Shown here piece by piece: positions 20,640-29,260 of a stretch of 61,011 nt of DNA. Source of the DNA: an uncultured Lachnospiraceae bacterium (GTDB taxonomy: Bacteria; Bacillota; Clostridia; Lachnospirales; Lachnospiraceae); contig CADARM010000003.1 in the NCBI GenBank assembly GCA_902790275.1, positions 1-61,011 of the forward strand, read 5' to 3'. The notes under the pieces were generated by a model that saw only the letters and a list, made by a program, of their open reading frames with translations, was not told the origin of the DNA and made no database searches. Position numbers and translations under genes: made by a program. Position 1 is the stretch's first letter; every line of letters begins with the position of its first letter.

Positions 20640-21920
20640 ATGATAGACATTAAGTTTTTAAGAGAAAATCCTGAAGTAGTAAAGAAAAACATCGAAAACA
20701 AATTCCAGTTTGACAAGCTTCCCCTTGTAGACAAGGTTATCGAACTTGACGAATTAAGAAGAAAGACACAGCAGGAAGCAGACAACCTTAAAGCAAGCAG
20801 AAATACTATCTCAAAGCAGATCGGTGCACTGATGGCTCAGGGCAAGAAAGAAGAAGCTGAAGAAGTAAAGAAGCAGGTTGCCGAGAACGCTAAGAAGCTC
20901 GAAGAACTTGATGCTAAGCAGAAGGAACTCGAAGAAGAGACAACAAAGATCATGATGGTGATCCCCAATATCATCGATCCTTCGGTTCCCATCGGTAAAG
21001 ATGATACAGAGAACGTAGAAGTTACAAAGTACGGCGATCCCGTTGTTCCCGATTTTGAGATCCCTTATCATACAGAGATCATGGAAAAATTCAACGGTAT
21101 CGATCTTGATTCCGCAAGAAAGGTAGCCGGAAACGGATTCTACTATTTACAGGGCGATATCGCAAGACTTCACTCTGCAGTAATTTCCTACGCAAGAGAC
21201 TTCATGATCAACAGAGGATTTACATACTGCGTACCTCCTTTCATGATCAGAAGCAACGTAGTTACAGGCGTTATGAGTTTTGCCGAAATGGATGCGATGA
21301 TGTACAAGATTGAAGGTGAAGACCTTTATCTTATCGGTACTTCCGAGCATTCGATGATCGGTAAATTTATCGATACTATCATTCCTGAGGAAGAACTTCC
21401 CAAGACTCTCACAAGTTACTCACCCTGCTTCAGAAAAGAAAAAGGTGCTCACGGTATCGAAGAGAGAGGTGTATACAGAATTCACCAGTTCGAGAAACAG
21501 GAAATGATCGTTGTCTGCCATCCCGACGATTCCAAGATGTGGTTCGACAAATTATGGCAGAACACAGTTGATCTTTTCAGATCGATGGATATTCCCGTAA
21601 GAACACTCGAGTGCTGCTCGGGAGATCTTGCAGATCTTAAGGTTAAGTCATTCGACGTAGAAGCATGGTCACCCAGACAGCAGAAGTACTTCGAAGTCGG
21701 AAGCTGCTCCAACTTAGGCGACGCTCAGGCAAGAAGACTTAAGATCAGAGTAAACGGCAAGGACGGTAACAAGTTCTTCGCTCATACATTAAACAACACT
21801 GTTGTTGCTCCTCCCAGAATGCTTATCGCATTCCTTGAAAACAACCTTCAGGCAGACGGTTCTGTAAGAATCCCTGAGGTTCTTCGTCCTTACATGGGAG
21901 GAATGACAGAGATCAGATAA
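20640..21920 (+). CDS. serS: Serine--tRNA ligase
   Basis: MIDIKFLREN, LIGTSEH, CFRKEKG, RIHQFEKQE, EVGSCSN, HTLNNT. Confidence 0.98.
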   Translation: MIDIKFLRENPEVVKKNIENKFQFDKLPLVDKVIELDELRRKTQQEADNLKASRNTISKQIGALMAQGKKEEAEEVKKQVAENAKKLEELDAKQKELEEETTKIMMVIPNIIDPSVPIGKDDTENVEVTKYGDPVVPDFEIPYHTEIMEKFNGIDLDSARKVAGNGFYYLQGDIARLHSAVISYARDFMINRGFTYCVPPFMIRSNVVTGVMSFAEMDAMMYKIEGEDLYLIGTSEHSMIGKFIDTIIPEEELPKTLTSYSPCFRKEKGAHGIEERGVYRIHQFEKQEMIVVCHPDDSKMWFDKLWQNTVDLFRSMDIPVRTLECCSGDLADLKVKSFDVEAWSPRQQKYFEVGSCSNLGDAQARRLKIRVNGKDGNKFFAHTLNNTVVAPPRMLIAFLENNLQADGSVRIPEVLRPYMGGMTEIR

Positions 21921-21942
21921 CTACATCGGAAGCGGTGGTTGC

Positions 21943-22821
21943 ATGAACAGATATTTCAGAGCCGTTGGCTTTTTGAACAATTTCTCAATACAGGAATACG
22001 AAAAACTGGTCGAAGATATCGTTTTTCGTCCGGAAGGCTCCGTGATAGCCGATAATCCCAAGGCAAAGTATTTTATCATCGATAAAAACCTGGATTGCGG
22101 CGAAAACATCGGCATCTGCGTAAGGATCATAAAAGACGCAAAAGGCAATATTCACAGAGATTGCGTATTTCCGTATTTAAGAAATGACGAATATACGAAA
22201 CATGAAGTGTGTTCTTTTGAAAAGAAAATAAGCGGCGAAGAATTTCTTGGTGTATACGAGGATTTAAACCTGGGAGAAAACATTTTCTTCTATGTTCAGA
22301 ATGTGGATGAACTCTACAAGAAGAACAACCTTAAATCCGCAAAGTGCTCGGTAGCGATAGCCGGTCTTTCAATAGCCGGAAACGTAATCCTTCCGATCAA
22401 AAAAGATGAGACGCAGAGAGAGAACGCAAAAGAATACAACAAAAAGCGTATCAATCTTTTGAACAGGGCAAATGACGGAGATCATAATGCTTTTGCGACT
22501 GTCAGATATGATGATATCATGACAAATGTTATGGTTTCCGAACAGGTATTTGTCGAATCGATGGATATCTATACGGTTGTCGATTCATCATTTATTCCCT
22601 GCGGAGCTGAATGCGATCTGTATTCGGTGCTCGGCGAGATCGTGGAATTTAAAATGATCCGGAATGCCTTAAGCGGCGAAAACATTTACATTTTGAAAGT
22701 TTCCGTAAAGGGAGTAGTTCTTACGATCGGTATAAATGAGAAAGATTTATTCGGTGAACCGCAGATCGGATTCAGATTTAAAGGAACTGTATGGTTACAG
22801 GGCCGGGTAAATATGCTATAA
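21943..22821 (+). CDS. DUF3881-like conserved protein
   Basis: N-terminal YFRAVGF and C-terminal GEPQIGFRFKGTVWLQG. Confidence 0.75.
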   Translation: MNRYFRAVGFLNNFSIQEYEKLVEDIVFRPEGSVIADNPKAKYFIIDKNLDCGENIGICVRIIKDAKGNIHRDCVFPYLRNDEYTKHEVCSFEKKISGEEFLGVYEDLNLGENIFFYVQNVDELYKKNNLKSAKCSVAIAGLSIAGNVILPIKKDETQRENAKEYNKKRINLLNRANDGDHNAFATVRYDDIMTNVMVSEQVFVESMDIYTVVDSSFIPCGAECDLYSVLGEIVEFKMIRNALSGENIYILKVSVKGVVLTIGINEKDLFGEPQIGFRFKGTVWLQGRVNML

Positions 22822-22858
22822 TCTTTGATGTACGATTTGGGGCGAAAGCCCATAATCG

Positions 22859-22930
22859 GTTCCTATAGTTAAGTGGATATAATAAGCCCCTCCTAAGGGC
22901 TAGTCCCCAGTTCGACTCTGGGTGGGAACG
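22859..22930 (+). tRNA. tRNA-Arg(CCT)
   Basis: Acceptor GTTCCTA/TGGGAAC, anticodon arm GCCC-CTCCTAA-GGGC, T arm CCCAG-TTCGACT-CTGGG; CCA not encoded. Confidence 0.95.
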
Positions 22931-22931
22931 T

Positions 22932-22974
22932 AAAAAAAGACTGAAGTGAAATTTCACCTCAGTCTTTTCTTTTT
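22932..22974. terminator. Bidirectional intrinsic terminator between tRNA-Arg and the convergent gene
   Basis: A run-AGACTGAAGTGAA-at-TTCACCTCAGTCT-T run. Confidence 0.8.
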
Positions 22975-22989
22975 ATGCGTATATCTTTT

Positions 22990-24957
22990 TTACTCAACTT
23001 TATTGTTTGCAACGAGTGTTTCGAGTTCGCCGCTTACGTATTCGATGATCTCAGAGATCATATCGGCATGTGTTGCGATCTCGTTAGTGGAAGATGCAAG
23101 AGAGTGGATCCTGTTGTTGACGTTTTCAACGATCGTGATGAGTTCTTTCGATTCGGTTTCGATAACATCAACGGCATTCTTAATATGCGTATTTGCATTT
23201 CCGCTGTTTTCCGCGGTGATCTTCGAATCTGCGGCAAGGGTATTGATCTCACCCGCAACGACAGCGAATCCGCGGCCCGCATCACCGGCTCTGGCAGCTT
23301 CGATGGAAGCGTTGAGGGCTAAGAGGTTGGTCTGGTTGGCGATGTCAACGACTCTTACGTTATTGTCGGTAAGTTCTCCGAGGTATTCCGTGATCTGATC
23401 GATGGATTCGTCCAGAGTGTTACAGAAATCGGAAACATTTGCCATCTCGTTTGAGATTACCGAACTTTCGTCTGCATTGCTCGAGTTTCCTGCAAGCATG
23501 TTCTTTATTGATTCACGAAGTGTATTGAACTTCTCGTTGATATCTCCGATCGTTGAAAGGATCTCGGCACGCTGCTTATCAAGTAAAGCTTTTTCATGCT
23601 CGACCATATCCTGAGCTTCGTGTTTTTCGATCTCAACGAGATCTTTTAAGTAGTGAACACAGTTCGAATTGTGGTTAAAGCCGTTATAGATGGCGATCGC
23701 CATTTCTTTACATGTATCATAACCGCAGCTTGAACAGTTGACCTTTCTGGATTCGGCAGTGGTCTTGTTCATCGAATTAAAGATCCGATCAAGTTCGGCT
23801 TCCGAAGGAATCTTTACCATGCACTGTCTTGAGCGGTCGGTATATGATCTTAAATAATCGCTTAAATTAAGATTTGCAAACTGTTTGTTTAATGCGGCGA
23901 GACGTTTCTCGGGAGTCGCATTTTTGGACCATGCACTTTTTTTGGTTGTTTTCTTTACGCTCTGCCGGATCTTCTGGATGTTGTAGTAAGGTGTGTCATC
24001 GCCTGTAACATCGGGATCCGTTCCGGTACCGCAGATACATCCGTTCTCGCAGTTTAAGGCATCAAAGAAAAGGTAAGGAGTCTTTGTTCCTTTGATCTTG
24101 TCGGCATTTGCTTTAAGGAAATGATACATTCTCTTTTCGCCTTCGATCTGACGGATGAATACGTCCTGACCGAGAAGCCAGTAAACATTTTCCTTAAGAC
24201 CGCCGGGCATGGGATAAATGGAACCGAGACCGTACTCGATCTCATCTTTGATAGGCTCGCCCATAAGGTTATGTTTTTTAACATATTCCATCAGGTGATC
24301 GAAAGTCACGTTGTAATTAACATATCCGTGAGTGTTCGGATCGTCGATCTCAAGTTTTTTAGAGATACAGGGGCTGATGAATGCGAGTTTATCTTTTATA
24401 TGTAATTCTTTTCTTGCGTAAATGGCAGAGCATAAAAGAGGACTCTGTACCGGGAAGAGTTTGGGCAGAACTTCGGGAAGATATCTTTCAATGTATCCGA
24501 CCACTGCGGGGCAGGGCTGGGAGATACCGCCGAAAAAGTTGTTTTTCTGAATATAGTTAATGTATGCCCAGGTTGTGATGTCGGCACCGAAAGATACGTT
24601 GATCATACGGTTTGCGCCGAGTTTTTTAAGACCGCCGAGAACCCTTTCGTATTCGTTCGGATAATCGGCACGGAATGCGGGAGCGATAAGAAGTGAGATC
24701 CTTTCTCCGCGTTTTAAGTCATTAAAGAATCTTTCGGTATCGTCACGGTATGCTCTTGCACCATGTTCGCAGGCATCAAAACAAGCCGCACAGGCGATGC
24801 ATTTGGAGCCGTCGACCTCGATGCGGGAGTTTCCGTTTTCGTCGGGATCCGTGGAAATACACGCGCCGATGCATGAGCAGGCACGGATACATCTGTTACA
24901 TCCCACACAGTCATCTGTTGTGTAAACCAGTGATTGTGATTGTTTTAAATCGGACAT
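22990..24957 (-). CDS. Soluble [FeFe]-hydrogenase-like Fe-S sensor fused to a methyl-accepting chemotaxis signalling domain (group C-type)
   Basis: Two CxxCxxCxxxC ferredoxin motifs; H-domain-like motifs [25 protein letters not shown]; CSSCGYDTC FeS motif; MCP signature [30 protein letters not shown]; no TM segment. Confidence 0.88.
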   Translation of the reverse strand: MSDLKQSQSLVYTTDDCVGCNRCIRACSCIGACISTDPDENGNSRIEVDGSKCIACAACFDACEHGARAYRDDTERFFNDLKRGERISLLIAPAFRADYPNEYERVLGGLKKLGANRMINVSFGADITTWAYINYIQKNNFFGGISQPCPAVVGYIERYLPEVLPKLFPVQSPLLCSAIYARKELHIKDKLAFISPCISKKLEIDDPNTHGYVNYNVTFDHLMEYVKKHNLMGEPIKDEIEYGLGSIYPMPGGLKENVYWLLGQDVFIRQIEGEKRMYHFLKANADKIKGTKTPYLFFDALNCENGCICGTGTDPDVTGDDTPYYNIQKIRQSVKKTTKKSAWSKNATPEKRLAALNKQFANLNLSDYLRSYTDRSRQCMVKIPSEAELDRIFNSMNKTTAESRKVNCSSCGYDTCKEMAIAIYNGFNHNSNCVHYLKDLVEIEKHEAQDMVEHEKALLDKQRAEILSTIGDINEKFNTLRESIKNMLAGNSSNADESSVISNEMANVSDFCNTLDESIDQITEYLGELTDNNVRVVDIANQTNLLALNASIEAARAGDAGRGFAVVAGEINTLAADSKITAENSGNANTHIKNAVDVIETESKELITIVENVNNRIHSLASSTNEIATHADMISEIIEYVSGELETLVANNKVE

Positions 24958-25022
24958 ATTATTTACCCCTAAATTAATATTTTCCGAAATATTTCCCCTA
25001 AAATTTAAGTATATATATTATG

Positions 25023-25562
25023 TCACATTTTTTTGGAAATTAAAGCATAAAATTTTTTAAGTTCTTCCTGAGAGAAAACTCTTTTGTCGATGACCTGGCC
25101 GTGTGCGATTATTCCCTTTTTTGACACGGTAAGAATGGTCATGTCGTCAAGATCGATTATATCCGATATATCCGAATATAAAAAATCGTAATTGTCTTTC
25201 GAACCGACAACCCTGAAAAACTTTGAATAAAAGATCACATGCATTTCGACGGGATTGCCGCAATAAAGCTTCATCTGGCTGTAGTTGACCGCAGCCTGAT
25301 AAAGATATCCGAACCAGGACATAAAGAAAACGTAGAGTCCGAGCAGGATAAATACCGCAAAAAGGACCGGCAGTCTTAAAAATACAAAGACAAATCCGAT
25401 CGCGAATAAAACCACTGAAGCGATGAAAGTCATTATCTGCCATTTGGAATGAAACTTCTGATAAGTAACTTTTGCGTATCTTCGATTCATGGATTTTGTG
25501 AGTATGAACTTGTTTTCAATGATCGGAATCAGATCCGGATTGACTGAATCGGAATGTTTCAT
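25023..25562 (-). CDS. Membrane protein, YcxB-like
   Basis: Two TM helices and a small C-terminal soluble domain; overlaps the trmB stop (ATGA). Confidence 0.65.
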   Translation of the reverse strand: MKHSDSVNPDLIPIIENKFILTKSMNRRYAKVTYQKFHSKWQIMTFIASVVLFAIGFVFVFLRLPVLFAVFILLGLYVFFMSWFGYLYQAAVNYSQMKLYCGNPVEMHVIFYSKFFRVVGSKDNYDFLYSDISDIIDLDDMTILTVSKKGIIAHGQVIDKRVFSQEELKKFYALISKKM

Positions 25563-26200
25563 GGTTTCTTTATTATATATTTATTGATGGGATTTCCCAT
25601 GGCCGAAAACTTGGCTTCATATTCGGTCATGATGTTTCCTTCGCAAAGTTCCTTATTGTTATGAAGGTCTCTGGTAAATGCGATCATCTCCCAGCCCGCT
25701 TCTTTTACTTCTTCGAGAGCAAAATCAAAAAGGTCGTTATTGTCGGTCTTAAATTCTATAAGCCCGCCGTCCTTTAAAATGGACTTGTATCTTTCGAGAA
25801 ACTGTCTGCTCTCAAGTCTTCTCTTGGCGTGTCTGTCCTTGGGCCAGGGGTCCGAAAAATTAAGATAGATCCTGTCGACTTCGCCTTCTTCAAAAACCTC
25901 GGTAATATCTTCGGCATCCATTCTTATAAATATCAGATTGTCCAGGGGTTCTTCCTCCATTTTTTGAATGGCGCGCAAAAGCACCGAAGAATATTTTTCG
26001 ATTCCGACAAAATTTATTTCAGGGTGTTTTTGTGCCATCGCATAGATAAACTGCCCTTTCCCCATTCCTATTTCTATTTGGATGGGTTTGTCGTTCGCAA
26101 AGTATTCTCTGACTTTTCCTTTTCTTTCGGTTTCATCATGTATTACAAATTTGCTTTCGGCTATATATTCTTTGGAGCCGGGTACGTTTTTTAGTCTCAT
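25559..26200 (-). CDS. trmB: tRNA (guanine-N7)-methyltransferase TrmB
   Basis: IEIGMGKG, NFSDPWPKDRHAKRRL, FKTDN, MTEYEAKF. Confidence 0.97.
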   Translation of the reverse strand: MRLKNVPGSKEYIAESKFVIHDETERKGKVREYFANDKPIQIEIGMGKGQFIYAMAQKHPEINFVGIEKYSSVLLRAIQKMEEEPLDNLIFIRMDAEDITEVFEEGEVDRIYLNFSDPWPKDRHAKRRLESRQFLERYKSILKDGGLIEFKTDNNDLFDFALEEVKEAGWEMIAFTRDLHNNKELCEGNIMTEYEAKFSAMGNPINKYIIKKP

Positions 26201-26494
26201 ATTATATCCTTATGGTTTTATTGAAAATTAAAGTCATCATAAGAAGACTTCAACAGGAATATTGTATCATATTCCGCCATTATCATAAATTACCATCTGC
26301 CAAAACCGTAGAATTTTATACAATTTGCTTATTTTTCATTGATTTTATAATCCTCAGATGTTACGATACAATCAAATCAGGACTTCTTTTCGTCGGATTC
26401 CCGACAACGGAGTTGTTTATACAACTTTCCCGGAAAATTTCCTGCATTAAAACTAAATAAAGAGCAGGAGAGATTCCTGCGGAAAGGATTAAGT

Positions 26495-27361
26495 ATGGGT
26501 TTAGACTCAAATGAAAAGATTCTTGCCGATCACAATGATGTTTTTGCCGACATTTTTAATGTGTTTTTATATGACGGTAAACGCGTGATCAGGGAAGAAC
26601 AATTGGAGAATTCCAAAGACAGAAGTCAGTACAAGGTTGACGGAAAACTGCACGAACAGGAGAGGGATGTATCAAAGTTCTATAACGGAAAAGAAATGCG
26701 AATAGCGTTTCTTGGAATAGAACATCAAAGCAGGGATGAGGCATATATGCCTTTGAGAGTAATATCTTATGACGGAAGTGCTTACAGAGCGCAGCTTTTA
26801 AAGAATGAAACTTTTCAAAAACCTTATCCAGTAATAACACTTGTTTTGTATTTTGGAACAAAGCATTGGTCGTACGGGAAATCACTTCATGAAGTGCTGG
26901 ATATACCGGATGACATCAAAAAATATGTTAATGATTACAAAATCAATCTGGTAGAGGTGGCATTTCTCGAAGATGAACAGATAGAAAAATTCCAAAGTGA
27001 TTTTAAGATAATTGCAGACTATTTTGTTCAAAAGAGAAGAGGAGCGAATTATATACCGATAGATAAAACCATAGAACATACCGATGAGTTGTTAAAGACA
27101 CTTAAAGTATTGACGAAGGACGAGAGATACGAAACGGTATTGGACGAATTAAATGAAAAGAAGATGAAAGGAGAAGTTAATATGTGTGAAATATATGATC
27201 AGATAGAAGGACAGGGAATTAAGAAAGGAATTCAAAAAGGAATTCAACAGGAAAGGGTTAATACCGAACGGGAGAGAAAGCGCGCAGAGGAAGCAGAAAA
27301 AGAACTCGCCCGTCTTAAAAAGATTTTGGATGAGCATAATATAACGGTATACAATAGTTAA
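26495..27361 (+). CDS. Rpn/YhgA-like PD-(D/E)XK nuclease (often annotated as putative transposase)
   Basis: DVFADIFN, ERD...GIEHQS, MPLRVISYD, PVITLVLYFG, DYKINL and C-terminal GIKKGIQKGIQ repeats. Confidence 0.85.
   Translation: MGLDSNEKILADHNDVFADIFNVFLYDGKRVIREEQLENSKDRSQYKVDGKLHEQERDVSKFYNGKEMRIAFLGIEHQSRDEAYMPLRVISYDGSAYRAQLLKNETFQKPYPVITLVLYFGTKHWSYGKSLHEVLDIPDDIKKYVNDYKINLVEVAFLEDEQIEKFQSDFKIIADYFVQKRRGANYIPIDKTIEHTDELLKTLKVLTKDERYETVLDELNEKKMKGEVNMCEIYDQIEGQGIKKGIQKGIQQERVNTERERKRAEEAEKELARLKKILDEHNITVYNS
27182..27361 (+). CDS. Putative intragenic 59-aa antitoxin (RpnS-like), in frame within the Rpn gene
   Basis: AAAGGAG at 27167-27173, 8 nt before an in-frame ATG (MCEIYDQIEGQGIKKG...). 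Confidence 0.6.
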   Translation: MCEIYDQIEGQGIKKGIQKGIQQERVNTERERKRAEEAEKELARLKKILDEHNITVYNS

Positions 27362-27399
27362 ACCCCTTTCGCCGGGCAAATCCGACGAAGGGGGTTTTT
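27360..27399. terminator. Terminator between convergent Rpn and radical-SAM genes
   Basis: AAACCCCTTTCG...CGAAGGGGGTTT stem plus T tail. Confidence 0.75.
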
Positions 27400-28258
27400 A
27401 GCAGTTTCCTGTATATACAAAATCAAGTTTTTCTCTTGCGATATCGGCCAGATGGTAAATTAAAGAAACATCTGTCGGATTCTTGTCTCGCATATGAAAG
27501 CGAGGGAAGAAGCGGGAGATGTGAAGCGGGATGCTTTTGCCGATTTCGGTACCGGAAGCGTCCTTAAGTGAACGAATCCAGGAAGAGATTTGCCGCATTT
27601 CTTCTTCGGTATCATTTTCTCCCGGAACGATTAAGGTTGTTAATTCGACATGGCAGTGCTTTACGGCTTCTTCGATGAAACGAAGAGTCATATCAAAACT
27701 GCCACCAAGAGTTTTGTCATAGTATTCTTTGGTAAAGCCCTTTAAATCTATGTTCATGGCATCGATGTAAGGTTCAAGTTCTTTTAATACGGAAAGTTCT
27801 GCTGTTCCGTTTGTGACAAGCACATTTAAGAGTCCCGCTTCATGTGAAAGCTTTGCCAAGTCGCGAACAAATTCATAACCGATTAAAGGTTCATTGTATG
27901 TAAAAGCAATGCCGATGTTGTCACGTGTTTTAGCCGAGATCGCAATTTCAACCAGTTCTTCGGGAGTTATTTTTTTTGCTTCTTTTTCCCACAGATAAAC
28001 TTCGTCGGCCCAGGAAATATCTGAGTTCTGGCAGAAAGGGCAGCGAAGGTTGCAGCCGTAACTTCCGACGGAAAGTATCATCTTTCCGGGGTGAAAAAGG
28101 TTTAGCGGTTTCTTCTCGATCGGGTCGAGTGCAAGCCCTGTTATCTTACCGTAATTGGCCGCAAAAACTTTACCGTCTTTTGCACTTCTTGCACCGCAAA
28201 AACCGATTGAACCGTCTTTAATTTCACAATGTCTGAAACAGACTTCGCATTTTGCCAT
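27398..28258 (-). CDS. amrS: AmmeMemoRadiSam-system radical SAM enzyme (PflA-like)
   Basis: CEVCFRHC N-terminus, DPIEKKPLNLFHPG, CNLRCPFCQN, FTYNEP, PLHISRFFP, YTGN terminus; GTG at 28267 is an alternative start. Confidence 0.85.
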   Translation of the reverse strand: MAKCEVCFRHCEIKDGSIGFCGARSAKDGKVFAANYGKITGLALDPIEKKPLNLFHPGKMILSVGSYGCNLRCPFCQNSDISWADEVYLWEKEAKKITPEELVEIAISAKTRDNIGIAFTYNEPLIGYEFVRDLAKLSHEAGLLNVLVTNGTAELSVLKELEPYIDAMNIDLKGFTKEYYDKTLGGSFDMTLRFIEEAVKHCHVELTTLIVPGENDTEEEMRQISSWIRSLKDASGTEIGKSIPLHISRFFPRFHMRDKNPTDVSLIYHLADIAREKLDFVYTGNC

Positions 28259-28419
28259 AAATCCCACCGATATTCATAAAAAAGACACAATAAGTATACC
28301 AATTATTAACAAATATTTACATCTTTTTACATATGTTATGATAAAATTTATATGGTAGAAAAATCAGGGACAGAAACAGGTTTTTCAAAAAACGAATGAT
28401 TGCTTTGAGGAATTAAAAA

Positions 28420-28692
28420 ATGTTAACCGCCCTTTTATTTATAATTTTACCGATGTTTACACCGCAGACGGACGAAGAGTTCGTTGCATGGCTTATGGTG
28501 TTCATTTTAGGAATGATTATCTGTGCTAATTTAGACGTCATTTTGATCGGACTGACAATATACGGAATTTATTCCGCGGTAAAGGCGACGGCGATAATAA
28601 TCCTGGTCCTTCTCCTCATAGGAATAATAATTCTGATAACAAAAAATACCTCTAAGAAAAAACCGGATAACAGAGCACCTGCGGTTTTGTAA
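28420..28692 (+). CDS. Small hydrophobic hypothetical membrane protein
   Basis: 90 aa, about three hydrophobic segments, GAGG RBS. Confidence 0.65.
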   Translation: MLTALLFIILPMFTPQTDEEFVAWLMVFILGMIICANLDVILIGLTIYGIYSAVKATAIIILVLLLIGIIILITKNTSKKKPDNRAPAVL

Positions 28693-28717
28693 AACGCAAA
28701 GCATAATAAGGTGAATA

Positions 28718-29143
28718 ATGAAAACAGTAAAAGTAGTTGCGGCGATGATCTTTGCCAAACGACAAAACCCCGAGACTAAAGCCGAAGAAAAAGCGGTCTT
28801 TGCGACACAGAGGGGATACGGCGAAAATAAAGACGGATGGGAATTTCCCGGAGGAAAAGTCGAAGAAGGCGAAACCCCGAGGGAAGCATTAAAAAGAGAG
28901 ATCAGGGAAGAACTTGATACACTTATCGAAGTCGGTGATCTCATCGGGACCATAGAATACGATTATCCCGAATTCCATTTGTCGATGGATTGTTTCGAAT
29001 GTGAGATAGTCAAAGGTGAGCTAAAATTAATGGAACATGAGGCAGCAAAATGGCTCACAAAAAAGACCCTTTACAGTGTCGAATGGCTGCCGGCGGACCT
29101 GACTATATTGGATAAGGTTTCCGAGAGGTTAAAAGAGGGGTAG
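28718..29143 (+). CDS. 8-oxo-dGTP diphosphatase MutT/NudG family
   Basis: WEFPGGKVEEGETPREALKREIREEL Nudix box; WLPAD. Confidence 0.92.
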   Translation: MKTVKVVAAMIFAKRQNPETKAEEKAVFATQRGYGENKDGWEFPGGKVEEGETPREALKREIREELDTLIEVGDLIGTIEYDYPEFHLSMDCFECEIVKGELKLMEHEAAKWLTKKTLYSVEWLPADLTILDKVSERLKEG

Positions 29144-29181
29144 ATAATTCCTTTAAAAAGCCCGTAAATACGTGTGAAAAC

Positions 29182-29210
29182 TTGACTGAATTTACGTCAG
29201 TTGATAAGAT
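29182..29210 (+). promoter_or_regulatory. sigma-A promoter of the large membrane protein gene
   Basis: TTGACT-17 nt-TAAGAT with TG extension. Confidence 0.6.
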
Positions 29211-29260
29211 TCATATAGGTGTAAGAAACGTTGTTTTTTACTTGTGAAAAAGAGGGAAAA

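Noticed and set aside
24958-25022. sigma-28 promoter for the chemoreceptor gene
   Set aside because: TAAA is present but the -10 is a poor match to GCCGATAA; the gene may be read through from trmB.
26212-26460. 82-aa + strand ORF between trmB and rpn
   Set aside because: No RBS, no recognisable motif, and it spans the divergent promoter region.
26495-27361. Insertion sequence
   Set aside because: No terminal inverted repeats, target duplication or DDE/HUH motif; motifs fit the Rpn nuclease family.
22859-27399. Genomic island integrated at tRNA-Arg
   Set aside because: No duplicated tRNA 3' end or integrase was seen, and housekeeping trmB lies within the interval.
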